A stretch of DNA of 64,000 nucleotides from Wickerhamiella versatilis (lineage: Eukaryota), in the NCBI GenBank assembly GCA_030867685.1, contig JAQOWU010000008.1, positions 2,046,001-2,110,000 on the forward strand, in the 5' to 3' direction. The number at the start of each line of letters is the position of its first letter. The first letter of the stretch is position 1. Positions 41,369 through 50,730 of this stretch are shown here, piece after piece. Under the pieces are notes generated by a model. The model had not been told where the DNA came from and searched no databases. It saw only the letters and a list, made by a program, of their open reading frames with translations. The position numbers were made by a program, and so were the translations under genes.

Positions 41369-42271
41369 ATGGCAGTAGCTGCTTCTAAACCTACAACGCT
41401 TTCGCCATGGGGTAAGGCCGTGGCAGGAGCAGTAGCGGCCATGCTAGCTAATGCAATTGTATATCCGCTGGATCATGCGAAGACTAGGATTCAAACACAA
41501 CACAGGGATCCTAGTGCTACCCAGTATAATTCGGTACTAGATGTTCTTCGCAAAATATATCGTGCAGGGGGGCTGAAGAAGATTTATACAGGTCTCTCTG
41601 GGACATTGGTTGGCACTGCGGGTGTTAATTTTGCCTATTTTTACTTCTACACCCTGGTTAGAGGTGCCGCACTAAAACGTTACAAGGGGGTATTAACTAC
41701 CCCTCTGGAGCTACTTCTAGGGGCAATTGCAGGTGCTTTGGCCCAAACTTTCACAATGCCAATTAGCGTCATAACCACTCGTCAACAGGTGGCAAAGGAC
41801 CATCCCTCTCTCCTGACAGCAGCGGAACGGGTGCTGGCAGAGGATGGCCTCAGTGGTCTGTGGAGAGGATTCAAGGCATCGTTGATCCTGGTTGTTAATC
41901 CTAGTATTACCTATGGAACTTCATCCAGGTTACACTCGTTACTCTTCAATGATAAGCCCCAGCTTTCTCTTGGAGAGAACTTCACATTAGGTATGGGTTC
42001 CAAGGCTATAGCCACGATTACAACCCAACCCCTAATCGTGGCCAAGGCTTTGCAGCAATCTTCATCACACCATCCCTCATTTATTCATGCCTTAGAATAT
42101 CTGTACCACTATGATGGTATCCGTGGGCTTTTCCGCGGGCTGATTCCTCAGCTCTCCAAAGGTGTACTGGTGCAGGGTCTTCTTCTTGCGTCCAAGGCCA
42201 AAGTTGAACTGCTACTCGCCTATATATTAGCAATTCTTTCCAAGAGAGCACGTTTAGCGCTGCCTGTTTAG
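41369..42271 (+). CDS. ANT1: Peroxisomal adenine nucleotide transporter (mitochondrial carrier family)
   Basis: YPLDHAKTRIQ, NFAYFYFYT, AQTFTMPISVITTRQQ, SLILVVNPSITYG, PQLSKGVLVQGLL. Confidence 0.9.
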   Translation: MAVAASKPTTLSPWGKAVAGAVAAMLANAIVYPLDHAKTRIQTQHRDPSATQYNSVLDVLRKIYRAGGLKKIYTGLSGTLVGTAGVNFAYFYFYTLVRGAALKRYKGVLTTPLELLLGAIAGALAQTFTMPISVITTRQQVAKDHPSLLTAAERVLAEDGLSGLWRGFKASLILVVNPSITYGTSSRLHSLLFNDKPQLSLGENFTLGMGSKAIATITTQPLIVAKALQQSSSHHPSFIHALEYLYHYDGIRGLFRGLIPQLSKGVLVQGLLLASKAKVELLLAYILAILSKRARLALPV

Positions 42272-42505
42272 GTATTGTATTGCATGCTACCCGGGTTTCC
42301 TCGACATACAGATCGTATCGCTGCTACATTGCATTCTAATAGGATGACAGCAGGGTTTAGCTAGTTTATACAGGTAAATTCAGTAGTGGGCAATAAGGTC
42401 TTAAGATGACTTTAAACAATATTAACAGTCGAAATTCGTTTTTACAGTTGGGCTGTCATCGATGGATGTGTTGATAGCGCGCCACCGGCCTGAGTCAGCT
42501 TAACT

Positions 42506-44116
42506 ATGTCCTGGTGGGCGGGTCGACCTCCCATTGAGACTCAAATTGAGCAAGCTACGAGCGAAGCTATCCCTAGTGGCGAGCAGGATCTGGCCTTAAA
42601 TCTAGAGATCAGTGATGGGGTTCGCTCGAAAGCATTTGGGGCCAGCGAGACAGTTGCGGCCCTGAAGCGTCGGCTTTACAATCAAAATCCTAACGTTCAA
42701 ATTCTCACTTTACACTTGATGGACGCTCTGGTTAAAAATGGTGGGTTGCATTTTGTGAAAGAGCTTGCTACCAAAGGATTCATAGATTCCTATGCGGCAG
42801 AAATGGTTACTTTACGAAATCAGTCTCGGTCGCCTGAGGTTATAGACCTCATGCTGGAGTACCTGCAGTCATGGGCACTGGCTATGAAAAATATTGAAGG
42901 CCTTGGTTATGTTAATCAGAAGTATCAAGATCTGCGGAAGTCGGGGGGATTCGACTTTCCTGAGCCCGGTCCTCCTATCTCGGAATCGTTTTTGGATTCG
43001 GCAACGGCACCCGAATGGGTTGATAGTGATACCTGCATGAAGAGTGGACAACCCTTCTCGTTTTACAATAGGAAGCATCATTGTCGTAATTGCGGAGGCG
43101 TGTTCCTCCAAGAGTACTGCTCAAATTTTGTACCGCTGCCCCATTTCGGCATAAATGAACCTGTCAGGGTGTGTGTGGACTGTAAAGAGAATTTGGAAAA
43201 GAAGACACCCAAGCCAAAACTGTCCACCCAAGCCCCCAAGCGACAATTGGCTAGTAATAATGCAGACCTCAGCAGTCGCTATGACCGAGAACTCAAGGAG
43301 GCCATTGAACAATCGCTTAAATCTCAGCAAGCTCCTCAGCAGCCTGTAAATAAAGAGGAAGAATTAGACGATGAAATGAAACGCGCAATAGACGCAAGCT
43401 TAGCGGACATGCGTCTCGCGCAGCCAAGTACCGGCGGGCGGCCACCTACCATTCAAAAGCGACCTTTACCCACAAGTTTACCTGAGGACGGCTTTAAAGA
43501 TTGCATCGAAAGTTTCAGTAGGGAAGTTAGCACAGCTACTCCTCGTGATGCTGCCTATAATCAGCACCTGATCAGTTTGAACCAACGTGGCACTCAACTT
43601 CAGCCGCAACTAATCTCTGAGTTGAAAAGCGTTACAGGCAAATTGCAGACATTAGAGGATTTAAATGGAAGATTAGCGGCTGCTTCTGGATACTACGACC
43701 AATTCCTCGAGGCCGCACTAAGTCCTGAGCAGCACCAGCCGCAGCAGCTGGAGCCTGTAAACGACGTTCAAAGAGGGCCACCTGTCGCACATTCTCAAGA
43801 ATATGAAGATGATGTTGATGCAGACTTTCGGTATATCCCGAGGTATGCAGTCGCAACCCATGGTCAGCAGAATGCCCCTATGCCCTCTAACGAAGAGTTA
43901 GAAGAAAGTATTCCGCCCTCCACCGGTCCCTCGGTTCCTGTTTATAACGGTGATGAAGGAGATTCTGGAGCTAATCCATGGGAAAATGACCCTAGTCACC
44001 AAAGCCCTGCGCAGGAGGAGACCTACGAACAAACAAGCGAAGTGAAATCTGAACACGATCCTGAGGAAGAAGCCAAACCGGATGCTGGACAAGAGCCGGT
44101 GCTGATTGAACTGTAG
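42506..44116 (+). CDS. VPS27: ESCRT-0 subunit (VHS, FYVE, UIM, GAT)
   Basis: VHS N-terminus, FYVE RKHHCRNCG...VRVC, two UIMs (ELKEAIEQSL, EMKRAIDASL), terminal LIEL. Confidence 0.95.
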   Translation: MSWWAGRPPIETQIEQATSEAIPSGEQDLALNLEISDGVRSKAFGASETVAALKRRLYNQNPNVQILTLHLMDALVKNGGLHFVKELATKGFIDSYAAEMVTLRNQSRSPEVIDLMLEYLQSWALAMKNIEGLGYVNQKYQDLRKSGGFDFPEPGPPISESFLDSATAPEWVDSDTCMKSGQPFSFYNRKHHCRNCGGVFLQEYCSNFVPLPHFGINEPVRVCVDCKENLEKKTPKPKLSTQAPKRQLASNNADLSSRYDRELKEAIEQSLKSQQAPQQPVNKEEELDDEMKRAIDASLADMRLAQPSTGGRPPTIQKRPLPTSLPEDGFKDCIESFSREVSTATPRDAAYNQHLISLNQRGTQLQPQLISELKSVTGKLQTLEDLNGRLAAASGYYDQFLEAALSPEQHQPQQLEPVNDVQRGPPVAHSQEYEDDVDADFRYIPRYAVATHGQQNAPMPSNEELEESIPPSTGPSVPVYNGDEGDSGANPWENDPSHQSPAQEETYEQTSEVKSEHDPEEEAKPDAGQEPVLIEL

Positions 44117-44195
44117 ATTTTTTTTCTATTAATATTTATAAGTGTTTGGTGTGACTTAAATAAATTAGGAGCTTGAGTAGCCTTACTCAATAGGA

Positions 44196-45068
44196 CTAAA
44201 CCTTCAATTCTGTGCGGGTCATGCCACAATCTACACATGTGGATAAAATGGTACCATCAGGCTGTGAAGTGCCCTCATCCCATTGATGCGAATGGGCTTG
44301 TCGACTCTTCCCTGTTATTGCCTGGGCTCTCGTTCTATTTCTCATGTCTCTCAGACGGGATTCGAATCTTGCCTGCTTCCTTGTCTTCCTTTGTTTCGTT
44401 CGCTTCTCAAACTCAGCATCAAGGGCTTCAAACGAGCCCCATTTAGCCAAAGCGAATTCCTCGACCTGGTAACGCAGATAGAGCATCATATTTGAATATG
44501 TATTTTGATAAGGATTTGGACGCTCAAGATGAGGCATCCTCTCTTCATCTCGCAGTTCTGGGTCGGTTAGTAGGTAGTCTTGCCTGCACTCTGTTTTTGT
44601 TAGAAGGGAATATTTTTCAGGCATTTTCAGACGGCATTCACGACACACTCGAGTCTTAAACACATGCCATAATCTAAAATCCAACTCTTTAGTCCCACAC
44701 TCGTAGCATTTAGGAGCCCGAGGATCATCAAAAGAGTAAGGCGGTTGTAAGTCTTGCAAGGAGTTAAGCCATTTCGCATGAATATCTTCTTCCTCAGCCT
44801 TATGGTTCTCTTCAGAAAGAAATCCACCACGTGTGTCTTTGATAGTGCTAAGATTGAATTCAATGTATGGCTTAGAGAACAGATTTGACTTTTTCGGTAC
44901 ATTTGTGGCGTCACGAACATTTGATGCAACTGCTTTGTGCTCATGCTGTCCCATGACGGGTTGGGACGGGGATGGTCCACCCAATCCCTTTTCCCGCGCG
45001 ATACGGCGTTTTGTTTCTTCCAATTTATTCAACGCCTGTTGTCTTCTTTGCAGTTTGTCGTTATCCAT
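44196..45068 (-). CDS. RAD14: Nucleotide excision repair protein (XPA)
   Basis: DTRGGFL, CxxC...CxxC zinc finger, YSLLTKTECRQDYLLTDPEL, MMLYLRYQVEEFA. Confidence 0.96.
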   Translation of the reverse strand: MDNDKLQRRQQALNKLEETKRRIAREKGLGGPSPSQPVMGQHEHKAVASNVRDATNVPKKSNLFSKPYIEFNLSTIKDTRGGFLSEENHKAEEEDIHAKWLNSLQDLQPPYSFDDPRAPKCYECGTKELDFRLWHVFKTRVCRECRLKMPEKYSLLTKTECRQDYLLTDPELRDEERMPHLERPNPYQNTYSNMMLYLRYQVEEFALAKWGSFEALDAEFEKRTKQRKTRKQARFESRLRDMRNRTRAQAITGKSRQAHSHQWDEGTSQPDGTILSTCVDCGMTRTELKV

Positions 45069-45085
45069 TGGATTTGAGATGAGTC

Positions 45086-46315
45086 ATGACGGTGGTAGCG
45101 CGGAAATCTCAGTTACGCCGATTAGAACTCTTCTATCAAGATGTTAGCCCTCCGGGTATCGTGATACATGGCCCACCTTCTACTGGCAAAAGTGTAACGT
45201 TAAAGCATTTCCTGTCGGAACGTGACGAGTCTTGGTCTTCGATTAAGTGCGAGGACTGTGCCACGGGGCGTATTCTTCTACAGCATGCTCTTCGAGCAAT
45301 TTTTGAGGCAACTAAAACCGGTGTTGCAGCGGATGCAGTTTGTGAAAATCTTTCTGTATTTGCTCATACGTTGAAGGAGAGATTTCAAGAGCGTAATTTC
45401 CTAAGAAGACATACCCTAATTTTGGATCACGCAGACAAACTGCAGGAACATTCGGATCTATACGGTACCATGTGCCGTCTGAAGGAGCTTTTTGACTTAG
45501 ATAACTTGATCATTGTCTTTGTGTTATCCAGTCCCGAGCTGGCTAGTTTTCAAAGCTCACAAACTCCACAGATTTGGTTTCCTCGATATTCCACAGAGGA
45601 GGCTGTATTAGTGCTTTGCCAAGATAGTCTTCTATGTCCTGTTTCGGACTTACCTGTGGATAGTGACACTACTAGCCGTGACTCGTTCCGGCAACAATTT
45701 CTGGAAGCGTTGGTAGGAACTCTTGATCCTTATGCGGGAACTGATATCAGGATGCTTCGACGCGCAGCTCATTTCCTTTGGCCTCAATTCATCTCTGGCC
45801 TTACTTCTTTGAATTTCCGCCGGGCGTTTACATCTAGAAAACTTTTGTTCTCCTCAGAAGCAGCATTAGTTCCTCATCTGACACAGGATGAAACAAAAGG
45901 CCTGAGTGAAACTAAGTACTGGCTGTTGTGTGCTGCGTACCTAGCAAGCTACAGTCCACCGAGATATGATGGCCGGCTCTTCTCACGAGCCAAGGAAGCG
46001 CGAGCAAAAAGACGGCAGACACATCCCAAAAAGTCCCAAACAGTGCCACCGCGCTCACTTGCCCCTCCAGCATTCGAAATAGAAAGATTCTTAGCCATAT
46101 ATCATGCGTTGGTGCCGGATCCACATCTATTTGTGCCGTCGGTGGATGTGCAGGTGCAGATCGCATCTTTGGTGCGGCAAAATTGCATTGTTCAGCGAGG
46201 TGACCCACTGGATTCTCGAACCAAGTGGAAAATAAATGTCTCGTGGAGTTTCATTCAATCTGCCGCACGTAAAATCGATTTTCCTATTGAAGAGTTCTTA
46301 TTCGACCAATGGTAA
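45086..46315 (+). CDS. ORC5: Origin recognition complex subunit 5
   Basis: Walker A HGPPSTGKS; KYWLLCAAYLASYSPPRYD.RLF and FEIERFLAIY C-terminal motifs. Confidence 0.92.
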   Translation: MTVVARKSQLRRLELFYQDVSPPGIVIHGPPSTGKSVTLKHFLSERDESWSSIKCEDCATGRILLQHALRAIFEATKTGVAADAVCENLSVFAHTLKERFQERNFLRRHTLILDHADKLQEHSDLYGTMCRLKELFDLDNLIIVFVLSSPELASFQSSQTPQIWFPRYSTEEAVLVLCQDSLLCPVSDLPVDSDTTSRDSFRQQFLEALVGTLDPYAGTDIRMLRRAAHFLWPQFISGLTSLNFRRAFTSRKLLFSSEAALVPHLTQDETKGLSETKYWLLCAAYLASYSPPRYDGRLFSRAKEARAKRRQTHPKKSQTVPPRSLAPPAFEIERFLAIYHALVPDPHLFVPSVDVQVQIASLVRQNCIVQRGDPLDSRTKWKINVSWSFIQSAARKIDFPIEEFLFDQW

Positions 46316-46383
46316 TAATGAAAAAAAGCGAAAAGCGAACCTCTGTGTACCGATATAAACCAATTTTAATGCCCTATATATTC

Positions 46384-46872
46384 CTACGAGACCTTATAGA
46401 CCTGAATGAGTCGATCATTCTCACCATCCCCCGCAAGTTGCATGTGTGATGGCACCGGGGAAATTAAAGTAGCCACAAAAATATACTTGTTTAGCCAATC
46501 ATACTTTCCAACTGGTGCGATAAATTCAGGAGCCAAACGATACTTCTCCTGGTCGCCCGAATAGGTTAGGCCTTTATTGTGTATTATTATGGTTTCACCA
46601 TCATCGGTGAGCAGCCGATAGAACGCATCCACTACCTCTACACCATCAGGTCGTGTGACCGGCAGGTCGGCACCCCCTGGCTCTACGTGGCCATGTATGC
46701 CTGGCCCATCGAATCGTCCTCCCAGGATAGGCCAAATTTCAGTACGTGAACCATCTTTTGATTCCGAGGAATTAGGACTTGGTCTCAGCACCTCACCGCA
46801 GGTGACAACGATATTCAGCACTAGATTTAAGCCAACTTCCTCGTAGCCGCGCTTATCTGGGAAAACATTCAT
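46384..46872 (-). CDS. DUF3237-family protein, bacterial-like
   Basis: IWPILGGRFDGPGIHGHVEPGGAD, RPDGV..VDAFYRLLTDDGETIIIHNKG, PEFIAPVGKYDWLNKYIFV; start set at ATG 46872. Confidence 0.85.
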   Translation of the reverse strand: MNVFPDKRGYEEVGLNLVLNIVVTCGEVLRPSPNSSESKDGSRTEIWPILGGRFDGPGIHGHVEPGGADLPVTRPDGVEVVDAFYRLLTDDGETIIIHNKGLTYSGDQEKYRLAPEFIAPVGKYDWLNKYIFVATLISPVPSHMQLAGDGENDRLIQVYKVS

Positions 46873-46968
46873 TAGACTAGAAGTCCTAACCCCGAATCTA
46901 GGATCTGCTTTATTTCTCAAAAGTAAAAACAACTATATATTAAAAATAAGCTAAACGATCGATGTTTT

Positions 46969-48627
46969 CTAGGGTGTTTGATCACTCTCCTCAAAACTTC
47001 CTATTTCAGCTTGATGCATTAGTTTTCCTTCCTTGGCTGCAGCTGAATCATTATTCGTGCCTGATTTGGCACTAGGTAATCCCTCTAATATATCAGTATC
47101 ATTGACAGTGGTTACAGGTCCTTTGAACCACTTTCTCGCGGAGACGAAATAATAAAGAAGACAAAGAATGCAAACGCCTCCACTCATTGCTACGGTATAG
47201 TTCATAGAGTTTTTGTCCACGGGTAACGAAGTTGGAATAATGCTCAAAGCAAACACTACAAATATCGAGAATATAGCTGCTATAATGCAATTGATCCTGT
47301 GTAGTGTATGGCCCATGTAAAAAGGTCCAGGACGGAAGGAATTCGGATCAAAAAAGATTGCTCGTAACAATGCTGGCATGCCCCAGGAAAGATAACTGGC
47401 TGTGATTCCGAGAGAAAATATAGCATTGGCTGCAGTATCGTTTACTAGTATAAGGAGTCCCAACAATGCAGCTAACGAGGAATTGAATATCATGGCTGGT
47501 ATTGGCTGATCCCACCAAGTTTGATACCAGAATCGAGAAAAGGGAAGAGCACCATCACGCGCAAAGGCCCACGTTTCACGGGCAGCGGCTACGGTACCAC
47601 TGAGACACATTGTCCAATTCATAGCTGTAAATAAAGACATAAGAGCCACGGCCCAGTGTTTATTAAGGGCATCTTCAATAACTTGTGCCATAACATTTCC
47701 AGATGGTGTATCCAGAGCACTAAAGTCTGGCTTGATCACCGCAGCAATCACACACATCAGTACCCAGCCAAATCCCCAGCAAAGTCCTACAGCTAGAATA
47801 ATACCGAATGGTACTGCTACTGGTGAATTTGCAGCTTCTTCTGCCATGTGGATACAAGCATCATGACTAGATATAGTCCATAAAGCGGGCATCCAACTCA
47901 GAAGGTATGACCAGCCATAGGGGTATCCAGTGAGGTTTGTAGTATCGCCAAAGACAAAGGAAGCAGAATTCAAAGACCCGCCCTTCGAAAGGAGACCAAC
48001 AGGAAGAGCAATTATTAGAATAATGACAGTTGCAACGTTCAATACGATTACAGTAGATTGGATTCGAGCTATAAATCTCAAAGGCAGCATGCCAAGCAGT
48101 ACTTCAGAAATCAATGCCGCACAAAATACGCCATAAGTTTCATATTTAGTTGGCGTATAGTCAAGCATCATAGCTGGACATGACAAAAGCTGGGTTGCCA
48201 GACCGTAATTGACAGAGCCTGCGCCGGCAATTTGGCCAAGTGTGTTAACATAACCACCCAAGAAGCATAAACAATTTTTTGATTTTTTAGGAGCGAAATG
48301 GAATGTCCAATAATAAACACCTCCTGATGTTGGCATAGCTGAGGAAAATTCTGATAAGGCAATACCAACGGACATAATGAAAAAGCACACTACGAACCAG
48401 CCCCAGGTCATACCAGCCCCACCAGATATCATTCCTTGTCCCAATACTGACGCAATAGATGGTGCAAGGCACATAATTGAGAAGCTTACTCCGAAGATTT
48501 GCCATTTAGAAAATTCACGTTTCAGTTCAGACTTGTACCCCAAAGACTCAAGAACCAAAGCATCATCAGTTGCAGATGCGTTAGTGGTAACCCAGTCCCC
48601 GGCAACCACCTTTTTAATACCAGGCAT
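46969..48627 (-). CDS. APC-family amino acid/amine permease (Uga4/Tpo5/Hnm1 subfamily)
   Basis: LGYKSELKREFS...FGVSFS, EFSSAMPTSGGVYYW, DACIHMAEE, WAFARDGALPFS; about 12 hydrophobic segments; start set at ATG 48627. Confidence 0.92.
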   Translation of the reverse strand: MPGIKKVVAGDWVTTNASATDDALVLESLGYKSELKREFSKWQIFGVSFSIMCLAPSIASVLGQGMISGGAGMTWGWFVVCFFIMSVGIALSEFSSAMPTSGGVYYWTFHFAPKKSKNCLCFLGGYVNTLGQIAGAGSVNYGLATQLLSCPAMMLDYTPTKYETYGVFCAALISEVLLGMLPLRFIARIQSTVIVLNVATVIILIIALPVGLLSKGGSLNSASFVFGDTTNLTGYPYGWSYLLSWMPALWTISSHDACIHMAEEAANSPVAVPFGIILAVGLCWGFGWVLMCVIAAVIKPDFSALDTPSGNVMAQVIEDALNKHWAVALMSLFTAMNWTMCLSGTVAAARETWAFARDGALPFSRFWYQTWWDQPIPAMIFNSSLAALLGLLILVNDTAANAIFSLGITASYLSWGMPALLRAIFFDPNSFRPGPFYMGHTLHRINCIIAAIFSIFVVFALSIIPTSLPVDKNSMNYTVAMSGGVCILCLLYYFVSARKWFKGPVTTVNDTDILEGLPSAKSGTNNDSAAAKEGKLMHQAEIGSFEESDQTP

Positions 48628-48791
48628 TCTACTATAATATTGTAAGTCCCCTTCAGATTTGTAGTTTATAGCCGTTCGAGCACATCTGTTACTAATCACA
48701 TCGATAAGATCACCATGTGGTCTTCACCCAAATTGCGCCAAAATATTTACTGTTTTCTAGGAAAAACTAGTATCTTTCACTATTCAATCAT

Positions 48792-48827
48792 ATAATTATA
48801 ATAGCCAAGATATGATATTATAATTAT
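48792..48827. repeat. Perfect 12-bp AT-rich inverted repeat in the divergent promoter
   Basis: ATAATTATAATA (48792-48803), 12-nt spacer, TATTATAATTAT (48816-48827). Confidence 0.7.
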
Positions 48828-48852
48828 CCAAATTCTGCTATAATCAGGTGAG

Positions 48853-48888
48853 CTCGGTAAACTTTCCCAAATAGGAAATATTACCGAG
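48853..48888. promoter_or_regulatory. 15-bp imperfect inverted repeat with CGG half-sites; candidate Zn2Cys6 operator
   Basis: CTCGGTAAACTTTCC-caaata-GGAAATATTACCGAG, 13/15 complementary; lies between the divergent permease and amidohydrolase. Confidence 0.55.
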
Positions 48889-48945
48889 AAGATAGATGCT
48901 TCTGACAAAAAGGTGAGTAGATAGAAATAATTGGCTTGTCAAGCC

Positions 48946-50619
48946 ATGGAGGAATACATTATCATTGATATGCCAACAGATGAAGCAGAGCTTGTTATTT
49001 TGAATGGAAAAATTTGGACACCAGCCTCCTCCAATGCTTCAGCGCTCGCATCGCGCAACGGGAGGATATTGTCAATTGGAAGCGACGATAAAATACAGAA
49101 TCTGATTGGGTCAAAGACCAAAATTATAGATGCCGGTGGTAAACGTGTTTTACCCGGATTCATTGATGTCCATACTCACTTGGATAAAATTGTAGATTTT
49201 GAAACTATGCAACTGGACATACAGATCCCCCCATGCAGAGATTTAGAGGAGGGGATGTTGAAAATTGAAAAGGAATGCCACAGGATTGGAAAAGGAAATT
49301 GGATTGTGGCCGTCGCTGGAATAGGCCGTCCACTACCTACGAAAAGTCAATTGGACGCTATTTCTCCACATAATCCTGTGGCTATTATGGAAAGTATTCA
49401 TGTGCAATATTTGAACAGCAAGGCCCTAGAGGTTGCTGGAATTAATTCAAGAACTAAGCCACCTACAGGAGGAACTATCAATCTTGATGAAAATGGTGAG
49501 CCAACCGGAAGAATTCAGGAATGCGCAAACATGTGGTATGATTTGGTTCCACTTCAACCTTACGATATACGAAAAGATTGTGTTCGGGAAATTCTTGAGA
49601 AATTTGCATCGTATGGCGTCACCACCGTTGGTGATTTCCCACAACCACGATCTATCAAGGTCTATCAGGATTTGAAAGATGAAGGCAATCTTCCCATAAG
49701 ACTGCGATTAAACTTTTTCACATCTGGAGGCGGTTCAGACAAGCCATCTAAGGATCACTCAACAACAGACCTAATATTCCCAGTTAGTGATACTTATGAC
49801 AACTTTCTCTCTAGTTTCGGACCTCGTACGGGTTTTGGCGACGACTGGATTAGATTTGGAGCCTTAAAGTTGTTCTTGGATGGGGATGGTGAATCTGCAG
49901 TACATTATACCGATCCCACAAAGCGTAAGGAATGGTCAGGGGAGCGCAAGTTGTCTCAAGAAGAATTGAATGCTATGGTCGGTAAGGCTCATCGCAACGG
50001 CTGGCAGATGTTAATCCATGCTGTCGGTGATAAGGCTCAAGAGATGTGTCTTGATGCTTATGAGTATGTTCAAACCAGATGGCCACGTAAAGAAACTCGA
50101 CACCGCATTGAGCATATGGGGCTAAATGAAGCTGGTCCAACAACACCAGAAATGTTGGAGCGAGCAAAAAGTCTAGGTGTTTTACCCCTAGTAACCGGCG
50201 CATGGATTTATCTGGGCGACAGCGAAGGGCTACATCTCACAGATGATCCTCAATATATGTACCGCACATTACTGGACCACGGAATCAGAATTCCTGGTAA
50301 TTCAGACTCGGATGGTTCAATGCCAGAATCTTGGCAGCCATTGTTCACGATATGGGCTCAAGTTACGCGCCAAGCATTTGATGGTACTTTGAATGCTCCA
50401 CAAGAAGCCATCACAGTGCAAGAAGCTTTAAAAGGATGGACCCAGGACTCTGCTTATGCCGAGTTTTCAGAGTGTGACAAAGGAACCTTGGAGATAGGCA
50501 AACTCACCGATGCCATAATCTTGGATAATGATCCTTTGACTTGTGACAAGCTGGAGCTTAAAGATATTAAGGTATTAAAGACCATTGTGGGTGGCAATTT
50601 GGTCTATGAGCGCAATTAG
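48946..50619 (+). CDS. Metal-dependent amidohydrolase, YtcJ/NfdA-like (Amidohydro_3)
   Basis: VLPGFIDVHTH, GEPTG.I.E, GALKLFLDG, IHAVGD, RHRIEH, NSD, KGTLEIGKLTD, KTIVGG; ATG at 48946 or 48970; no signal peptide. Confidence 0.92.
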   Translation: MEEYIIIDMPTDEAELVILNGKIWTPASSNASALASRNGRILSIGSDDKIQNLIGSKTKIIDAGGKRVLPGFIDVHTHLDKIVDFETMQLDIQIPPCRDLEEGMLKIEKECHRIGKGNWIVAVAGIGRPLPTKSQLDAISPHNPVAIMESIHVQYLNSKALEVAGINSRTKPPTGGTINLDENGEPTGRIQECANMWYDLVPLQPYDIRKDCVREILEKFASYGVTTVGDFPQPRSIKVYQDLKDEGNLPIRLRLNFFTSGGGSDKPSKDHSTTDLIFPVSDTYDNFLSSFGPRTGFGDDWIRFGALKLFLDGDGESAVHYTDPTKRKEWSGERKLSQEELNAMVGKAHRNGWQMLIHAVGDKAQEMCLDAYEYVQTRWPRKETRHRIEHMGLNEAGPTTPEMLERAKSLGVLPLVTGAWIYLGDSEGLHLTDDPQYMYRTLLDHGIRIPGNSDSDGSMPESWQPLFTIWAQVTRQAFDGTLNAPQEAITVQEALKGWTQDSAYAEFSECDKGTLEIGKLTDAIILDNDPLTCDKLELKDIKVLKTIVGGNLVYERN

Positions 50620-50730
50620 AAAAAACAACAATCCAGAATTAGATAAAAGGGCTAGTATTCAAACTCATGCTTACATGTAAATCCCCTATCAGATCATATT
50701 CATAAACAATTTGTCAGTTGCGATATCTCG

